Shown here: positions 55,578 through 64,000 of the stretch, piece by piece
How positions within the stretch are numbered: the first letter of the stretch is position 1
How the letters are laid out: every line of letters begins with the position of its first letter
NCBI GenBank assembly: GCA_964057225.1
Contig: OZ059898.1
Coordinates: 11,842,001 to 11,906,000 of the forward strand
Source: Auanema rhodensis
Taxonomy: Eukaryota; Animalia; Nematoda
Reading direction: 5' to 3'
DNA: 64,000 nucleotides
Translations under genes and position numbers: made by a program
The notes under the pieces: model-generated
What the model was told of the DNA's origin: nothing
Databases searched by the model: none
Seen by the model: only the letters and a program-made list of their open reading frames with translations

Positions 55578-57346
55578 TTAAGGCTTTTTGCCATACATAG
55601 CTTGCTCAATTGGTTGCTCCAGAATGATCACATTATGAACTGGGCGAGCAACTTCATATTCCTTTTGTGGTCTGCGAGCTGGACATGAAGAATACATCTG
55701 AAATATATATATTTAATGGTTTTTATGCGAAACACGATGAAAAATACTGCGAAAATTTCAAATTATTTGCGTTGCCGCTCGTTTTACGTAAAAGATCACG
55801 TAACCAGGAAAGACAATGACGTGAAAGTTCACGTAACTGCTCGGTTCATTTGTAATTTAGAGTGCATTACGCGTGAAAGTTCACGTATCATAACTAGGCG
55901 ATTAATTGCATCACGTACTTTACTTGACTTTTGAAGCAAAAGATGGAGACAAAGCCAATGTTGGCATGTTTAATTCGTCAACGATTAGTGTTACACTTGA
56001 ATTCTGACATCTTACTTCAATTGTACATCTGATTATACGACAGCATAATTTGAGAAAAAGTTTGATGTCCGTGACAGCATGGACATTCAGTATGAATTAT
56101 GGGTTTAAAGAAAAGTTTTCAAACTTTTTCATAATAGTTCTTCTTCTTTATCAACAGAAATATAACTGAAGCCCTTACCCTATAACAAGCATAAACGACG
56201 TACAGCAAGAACAAGTGACCAAACCAAACGAATGTGAGATGACTAATTAAACGATATAAGAATTCTGCTGAAAATCATTACATATAAATTGCTCGTTGTG
56301 TTTGTGTATATCTATATGTAGGCGGCTTGTAAGTTGCTTACCACTTTTATGATATGGATCATATTCAAGAGCTGGAATATGAATTTTCGGCTTCTCCTCA
56401 TGCTCCCGAACAAATAGTTGAATTATATAGTATATTATTACAATCAACAATGATAATACTCGAACAGCCTGAATAAATCGGAAACGTTTTATGCAAAATG
56501 ACTTCTTATTTGCATGTTTTCTTCAGAAAAATAAAGATCAAAAAACGAGGAATCTTATATTACCTCAGCAATCAATAAAGGTAAAAATAGTCCAGCTTTT
56601 TCTGAATATAAGCCCTGAATAAAACAAAGGAAACTGATAATTTCTACAAGAAACAACACAGCATGTCCTGAAATAAAATATAAATATATTAGTTCCTGGG
56701 AAATTCTTTCCTCACCAATTGGGGGAACGATAATATAAAACTTTTCAATGAAAAAATATTGAGCCAATCCAAGGGACAACAGTAAAACAAATGCAATTAC
56801 GGCTAGGATTGATTTCTGTAAGAATGATTTGAAGAATATTTATATAAAATATCAAATTGTTGTGCAATTTCGAAAAGATATGACACCTTTTGTTCCAAAT
56901 TCTGACAAAAGAATCGCAAGTTTTTGAAGTTTTTGCTTACATTCCCACCAAAATACATGTGGATTTCTTTTTTTCCCATTTCTATCACCGCGATAGTCAT
57001 AGTCAAATTATAGGTATCATTAAATTCAAGAATCCGTCGAATGAAGGACGTCAAAACTGCGATAAAAAGTCTCAAATTTGGGTAAATATACAAAACTTTC
57101 AACATTGTTTCAGGAATTTTAGCTTGGACGATATCATATTCAAAATAAATTCCTAACAAAAGCAGGGAAACAAGTGATTTTGATGATTTATATTCAAAGA
57201 AGAGAATAGATTATGTCAATTATATTTCAATAAAAACTGCTTAAAAACAATTTCAGGCTAATAAGACAAACCTTAAAATTCAAATTGCAAGTACATCGAG
57301 ATCCAGGTGTTGGATGCGAAAGCCAATCGTATAGTCCGAAGTACAT
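55578..57346 (-). CDS. Four-transmembrane membrane protein (loosely LAPTM-like topology), function unknown
   Basis: Exons: [25 protein letters not shown] / [33 protein letters not shown] / [35 protein letters not shown] / [20 protein letters not shown]... / [29 protein letters not shown] / MYSSCPARR...MYGKKP*. Confidence 0.8.
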
Positions 57347-60300
57347 TGTTGCCAAATGTACAGTTTCGTAACGACCTAGAAGAATATAAATTGAATAAGA
57401 TGATGTTTAAATAAATAAATTAGAGGAAATATCGAATATTATTAAACAAAAACTAAATAAAAGGCATTGAATACGCAAGTATGAATGCTGTATAGGGAGT
57501 ATAAACAAGTGAAAAAGCAGTTAGTTATGTTGGAACAAGAGCAAATGAGATAGCGGGGACAGAAGAAAGGAGCTACTTTCTTGGACAAACATGTAGTTAA
57601 TACAATGAGAATATCACTTCGAATGAATATTATTACTACTATTGCTTTGAAGAAACGTACCAGTTAAGTAGAGGCTGTCATCAATCTGAACATGCACAGA
57701 ATTCAGACGCATTTTCATGATTTCTCCGAATTGGAGAATGGAAAGCGATGGGAAAGGACAAGACGGTATGTGTCGGAACGGAAAAGTGACGATGATGTCG
57801 ATTAACTAGCAATGGGCTGGCGGGTTAGGTACAGTCGAGAAGAGGAGGGGCTGAGACCATTAATGAGATGGAGCCATTCAGGGGAAAGGGAGAAAGGAAG
57901 AAAGGGAGAAGCAGAGAGATAAATAAAAAGAGAGAAATCATGATGAAGAAGGCGTCTGAAGATAATTTACAGAAGCGACATGACTGGAGATAAAGAAACG
58001 AGAGGGTTTGGCGGTGTACTCAAAGAGACGTCGGGCTTCTGAAGACGACGTTCGCAAGATTTACAGGCGTCGTTTACAGGATGTCGTTTCAGTCCAGAGC
58101 AAGGCTTACCGACAAAAATTCATGGGGGAGATGGCGATTCCGGTGGTCGTGAAACTTCACATTCCAAAAACGGAATCAAACATGTTGTTGCACAGCTTGT
58201 TCTAGCATACAAGCTGTAAAATACAAGACCTAGTTATTTATATAAAGGAAAAAAAGGAATTCACAATGAAAATTAATATTTAAATATATTTAAGGAGAAA
58301 TGTATATATTTAGTAATAGCATCACAAGAATACTTAGGACAAATGAAATATTCAAGCTGACGGCGAATTTTTGGGAGAGGTTGTGCCACTTGAAAATGCT
58401 ACTAGGACAGCAATTCTGAACGCAGTTGAGAAGCCTGCTGAATGCTGTGATGTCGACATGCTGTCCAGAAAAGAAAAACAAATTTAACAAAAAAGATTCT
58501 AATAAAAACGGGAAATAAAAAATTGTCAGAGTCTGGTATTACAGCGTAAGTTTGTAAAAATGTTGCCATCTTTGGTGTCGAAATTACTTTTCATTTTGCC
58601 GGGTAAGTTGTGAAAAGCGTGAAGAAATCCTAAAGACATGTGATGCGTGAGTGACCTTACAACCATCAAAACTGTTGTAAAGCATGTGGAGCTGAATGCA
58701 AATTCATAAAGACGACGAAAAAAGTGAGAGGAGATTGGAGTACGGGAGATAGGATATAGGAAGATCAATTTAAAAGGAAAATGGAGACGATTCTGAAAAC
58801 TCTGAGATCGACTGAAAGGGAAGCGACCGCAACTCATTGAAGTGTGAAATCACGAGAATGGCCATGTAAAAGACAATAGAAGATCTACTTTGTGACCGTC
58901 AAGCAGGCAGCTGTTGAAGTTAGGAAGGAAGGGGAGGATCGAGGGAGGATAGACGGCAGAAATGGGATAGATATTCTCAATTCAGTCTTGAAACTCAAAA
59001 AGTTCAATGACACATTGACAGATGCCAACTACGTATCTGCACTAAACAGAAAATATTCCAGTAAATAAGGAAGGAATTGTAAAAGATCAAAGTTAGTTTA
59101 GGGGTATAATCTACTAAACTATATAACAAGACTCGTTTATATTCTAAATATTCATATCAAAGACTATAACTCAAAGATTGGCTAATATTTTTCAAAGTGA
59201 TACACCACATATGTCTAACACATATTGTAGGACAAAGCGACGAAGTGAAAAACCTGAACAAAACTAGCCAGATGACTCATAAAAAGCGTTCTTAACTACA
59301 AGGAAAATCAATTTCTCGGACAACGAAGTGAAATTTGAAAGTTTCTATAACATGCTGCCAAAAAAGGATTTTGATATAGCAAATAATGTGAGAGAAATGT
59401 ACAAAGTTAATGATGAAAGGCGATAAAGAGAGACACTCCTTGCGTGCTGCGAAAACCCTCAATTATGGCCTATTTGAAGGGCGAGCGCACAGTGGGAAAA
59501 AGAAGAAATCGTAAACAAAATGTAAATTAATAAGTTGATAATATTCTTATAAATATATCAATAAAAAAAGAAAAAAGTGATAAAAGCGCTATGATTAGCA
59601 GACAGCAAGGCAACCAACGCACCTTCACAGTGACAGGCGGCAAGATCAATATAGGAACAGAACCGGAATGAGGAAAACAAGTGAGAACCTCGAGAACTGA
59701 AGAAAGAGAGAAGAGGCTATGAAAAGTACGAGAAATACAGAGAAATGGAAATTAGACTGAGAAAAGTGGAAAGTTATAGAGAAGATGCACGAAAAATTAA
59801 AACAAATATGAAGAGTAACGACTAAATTGCTGACACAAGATAGAAAGGAATACATTTAGAGAGTAACTCAACGTTAACAGATGTTTTCTTTTTGAATTTG
59901 AGAAAAACGGCTGACGCTCAAGCCGATATTCAGTGTTATACGTAGATGGATCACATTCCAAGAAAGTGGAGCCGGAAAAAGAGGACAGAGATAGACCGTT
60001 ATCGAAGAAGAGATTTTTTTTTCGCTTTAGATTAGCTGAATTGATTTGAATTTGAACCTTTTATATTTATTCAACAAATATAAAAACAATTTAGACCAAT
60101 GGAAACTTGATAATTCAAATGTCATGACTGAATGAATGGATAATTCACAAAATGAGGAGAGACTTTGATGCCTGGATACATTGGGTGGAAAAATCATTTA
60201 TAAGTTCGTCAACTCATGGAACGGTTGAATCCCGTTGTTTAGCTAGGCCCTCCCTCTACTCCACCCCTTTCTATCTCTACCTCTATCTCACTCGTTCTCG

Positions 60301-60636
60301 TTGTCTCGTATATTAACTACTAGTTTAATGAGGAGTATAGAATACTAAGGCTAAACTACATTTATACTTTAACGATTTTATTTATGAACAGAGCAATTTA
60401 CTTGGAAATAGAGCCGTTTTTGAAACAATTTGAACATTTCCTTACCATTAACATCCAATACATGAGAATATAAAAGAAAAAAACATTCTTGTAACAAACG
60501 TAGATACGTAAATTTTGAGTGAAAAATCCGGTCATTAATAATTATTGCGCACCTTTTGCATTTCCAAACCAGATGAGCTTGAGCATTTGAATTTTGGATT
60601 CAACATAGACACCAGCTTTATTCCATTTGAAAAATA

Positions 60637-61487
60637 ATGGCGGAGAAATGCGAAGTGATTTATGGTATCCGAAAATGCAGTTGTAACTCACTAGAGTTTG
60701 AAAATTCCTCTGTGCAAGTAGCCAGCTTTGCTAAAGATGACAATTATAATAAGAGATTATTGCTAAATTCTTCACAGGTTAGTTGATAAGTTGATAATTA
60801 AAACTGTGATGCATGCATTTGATTCTAATTGTTTTTTTTAAGTTTGAAACGTCTGAGAGCATTGCTTTTCAAAAAATTGACAATTGGTGTAGTGATGCTT
60901 ATTGTTTATCTCATGCAGGTTTTCTTTATGCTTATACGTTATAAAATATTTGAATTTTGTTTTTAGGAGAATTTGCAGCGTTTCTCAGATCTTGGTTTCG
61001 AGAAAGGAATAACGTTTGTCCTGGATGTGGAGCTTTGCTCTTTCCAGAAGATGCTAATTTTATTTACTCAAATCCTTATATTATTGAGGAATCTTGTAGG
61101 GTAGACTTCTAATTATAATTTTTTTTAAATTTGTTTCATGGTTATTTAGATTTGCTGCAATAAGTTCAAAACATTTTACGATCTCCAAAATGTTGTTGAT
61201 AAGAACAGGGATAGAGGATTTCTTCGTGCTTTGTCAAAGCAGGGCATCAACGCCTTGTATCCATCTCCAACTACTTGCAAAAGCAGTTTCATTTGTAAGT
61301 ACAGCTAATTTTTTTTATTAAACACAATTTTTAATTCCAGCCACTTTAAAAATGTGTACTTGTTATACGGAACCATATTTAATCATAGGCTTAGAGGAGT
61401 CTAAAAGTTTGAACGAGCACAAAGTAAGTTCTGCTTTTCTTCTATATTTCAAGTTATATCTTTTGATTTCAGTATATAAAGAGATAA
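60637..61487 (+). CDS. Small cysteine-containing protein of unknown function (~190 aa)
   Basis: Seven exons joined in frame by short GT-AG introns: MAEKCEVIY / VASFAKDDNYNKRLLLNSSQ / FETSESIAFQKIDNWCSDAYCLSHA / GEFAAFLRSWFRERNNVCPGCGALLFP... / ICCNKFKTFYDL... / TLKMCTCYTEPYLIIGLEESKSLNEHK / YIKR*. Confidence 0.7.
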
Positions 61488-61769
61488 AAGAAATTATCAA
61501 TATTAAAGAATTTATGAAATCGTGTGACGTATGCTGTTCAAAATATGAATAGAATTGAATATATATACTTGGTTATTATTTCTCCGTTTGATCCGATCAT
61601 CCTTGTTTCATTGTATTAAATATGTAATTAATCGAATAATAACGAACAACTAGCAAAAAGTTATGGAACGGTGGATCTCGTGTTATTTATTTTACTTTTT
61701 TTAAGAATAAATGATATCAATCTGTTAATGTTTTCAATTAAATTTCTGAATTGATACAGCTCTTCAAGT

Positions 61770-61840
61770 CGAATTTGGTGGTACGGTGGCGTTCTTTGCC
61801 GCGTGTTCCGATAGTGCATTAGTTCGTGTGCCCGAAAATG
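61770..61840 (+). promoter_or_regulatory. GC-rich putative promoter of SRPRA
   Basis: Short CG-rich block ~100-170 nt upstream of ATG 61937. Confidence 0.4.
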
Positions 61841-61936
61841 TATTACCTCTATAATAACAGTAGTCTCATAGCTTGAATTTTATAATTTGCATACTATCTA
61901 AGCGTTATTGATAATATTTATTGTATTTTTTGAAGA

Positions 61937-64000
61937 ATGATCGAGCTTTTCACTATCTTCGGTAAGGGTGGCATCGTTTTGTGGTGTTTCCAGGTAATTT
62001 TACTCATTTCTTAATTAATTTTATCGGACATATTAAAGGAAGGCGCTCAGCTGTTTACTGAATCTGTTAATCGACTCATCAATGATGTTTTGATGCAGGT
62101 AAAAACTGTTTTAACTTTTCTTTATTAATCAAGTTCAATCTAGGAACGTGGAGATGTGACCCAGTTCAAAGACAACGGTATGACAATCAAGTTTAAGCTT
62201 GACAATGAATTCGAGCTTGTCTTTTTGGTATAACCATAGTTAATCGTTTCCGACAAATTAAAAGATTACTATTCAGGTTGTCTACCAATCGATTGTCCAA
62301 TTATCTTATACAGATAAACTTATTAATGATGTTTCACAGAGATTTAGGGATCTCTACAAAAATGTTCTGGAAAATAAGCACGTACGTTTGTCTTTCAAGA
62401 ACTCATGTATTATTGTTTTTTTACAGCTTTTCTATCAACATGGAACAAAAGCCTTCCGTCATTTCGAGGAAGAATTTCAAAAGTATTTTTTTAATATGAT
62501 AGTCATTGATTAGAAACGTTTGAATTTTTCAGTATCCTGAATGAGAATATGCGTATGAGCTTGAAAGCTAGCGAAGCTGTTAAGAAACCAAAAACATTCC
62601 AGGTGGGACTTTATGTTTTAATTAATTCAAAGAAATTGCTAATACCTAATCAATTTTTGTGTGTTTTGTTTGTTGTTTTTGGTGAATTCAACGCGTATGC
62701 AACCAATTTTATGCTTTATAAATGTGAAAATGAAACAGCAGTTGTATTTCGAGCACAATGATTGATCTGTGGGAATTTAGCATTTTATTTAAATAATGCA
62801 CTTAGTTCATATATGACAATAATATTTTTCCCGAATTTGCGAATGTTTACTATTTCTGAACTGGATTATATTTGTAGGAGAGCGCCAAGTCTCAGAAGAC
62901 TGTGGAGTCTCTTATTGTAAGCCGCCCTGGTGATGATAAAAAGGGCAAAAAAAAAGAGGATGCCAAAAAAAAAACCGATGAACAGCGAGTGTAAGAATAT
63001 ACTTTGAATTTTCTTTTTGAGCTTCGACTGACTTTAGTGATTCTGCTGATTCCGGAAGCGATTATGGATCTTCTGCTCCTGGTTCTCCAGAAGATGCAGA
63101 AATGAAGAAGAAGAGAGATGCTTTGTTTAAAAAAATGCAAGGAGGAGTTGCTAAAAAGGAACCAAAGTAATATTTATTTTTGTGTTTATATTTGCTTATG
63201 ATAATGCTTAGATCACCTGGTAAGGAAGAACCTAAAAAGAAAACAAAGCAAGCTCGTGTCTGGGCCCTAAGTGGTCAGGCAGTTGATGCCAAGTCCCTTG
63301 ATTTTTCCAGTGACAAAGATCAAGAGGTTTGTTTTTTTTATCTGGAGAGCTCAAAATAATCGAGAACTAAATTACAGGGAGGAGGTGCTCGCGAAGAAGA
63401 AGACGCTAAGTTTGTTGAAGAACAACGTCGCTTTGTTGGACAATCTGCAAATTTGCATGACTTACAAGAGTCGGATGACGAGGATTCAGAAGAGGAAGAG
63501 TAAGAGAATGAATCATAAAATGAGCTAATTCATTTTTTTTTGTGTAGGGTTGTTGCAGCTAAGGCTAACAGCGGCAGTTGGTTCAGTGCATTCAAAGATC
63601 TCGTAGGAAACAAAAAGTTAACTGCAGTTGATCTAGAACCAGTATTGGAAAAAATGAAGGAGAATCTTATCTGTAATATCAGAAATCCTAAATAATATAA
63701 GTCAATTCTGAAAATTTTCAGTGAAAAACGTTGCTGCCGAACCTGCTGACAAGATCTGTCAATCAGTTGGAAGAAAATTGGAAGGAAAGGTTATCAGCAC
63801 ATTTAGTCGTGTTAACAATGAAGTAAAGGAGGCTGTGAGAGAATCATTGACCCAAGTATATCGCTGAGATTTTTTTAAAAATAGAAAGTTCTTGTTATAG
63901 CTTCTTACTCCTAAACGTCGTGTTGATATTCTCCGTGATGTAGTTGAAGCTAAACGTGAAGGAAGACCATATGTTATCGTTTTCTGTGGAGTTAATGGTG
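61937..64000 (+). CDS. SRPRA: Signal recognition particle receptor alpha subunit, 3' partial
   Basis: [19 protein letters not shown]...[17 protein letters not shown] (SRX/longin domain), charged linker, KAARVWAL, then NG domain [12 protein letters not shown]...[33 protein letters not shown] running into the G1 P-loop at the window edge. Confidence 0.97.

Noticed and set aside
58109-58213. Upstream coding exon of the four-TM gene
   Set aside because: Good acceptor and donor, but the frame that would join the main ORF contains a stop; at most a 5' UTR exon with uORFs.

Overview
Eukaryotic, AT-rich, intron-dense DNA that looks like a clade V (rhabditid-type) nematode: many 40-55 nt introns, TTTCAG/TTTTAG acceptors, a cuticle collagen and an nhr-25 orthologue. 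The species cannot be determined from this window. Most six-frame ORF calls are intron or intergenic noise, so the genes were rebuilt exon by exon. Left to right: nhr-25/FTZ-F1 (minus, runs off the left edge) with about 15 kb of gene-free upstream DNA; an acidic C2H2 + WRKY/FLYWCH-like (Mutator-type) DNA-binding protein (plus); a type II membrane SEA-like + about 8 vWA protein (minus); a 57-aa secreted six-cysteine peptide missed by the ORF track (plus); a multi-zinc-finger/BED-like protein, a PLD3/4-family enzyme and a CAP/SCP protein (all minus); three tandem U60/SNORD60-like C/D snoRNAs, each behind a tRNA-like Pol III leader (minus); a cuticle collagen and a four-TM protein (minus); a small Cys-containing unknown gene and SRP receptor alpha (plus, runs off the right edge). 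Best leads: the snoRNA triplet with a chimeric middle copy, an unassigned ~150-nt structured RNA next to it, a near-perfect three-way junction in nhr-25 intron 1, a clustered TATCCGAG motif around nhr-25, the unannotated peptide, and apparently duplicated alternative first exons.
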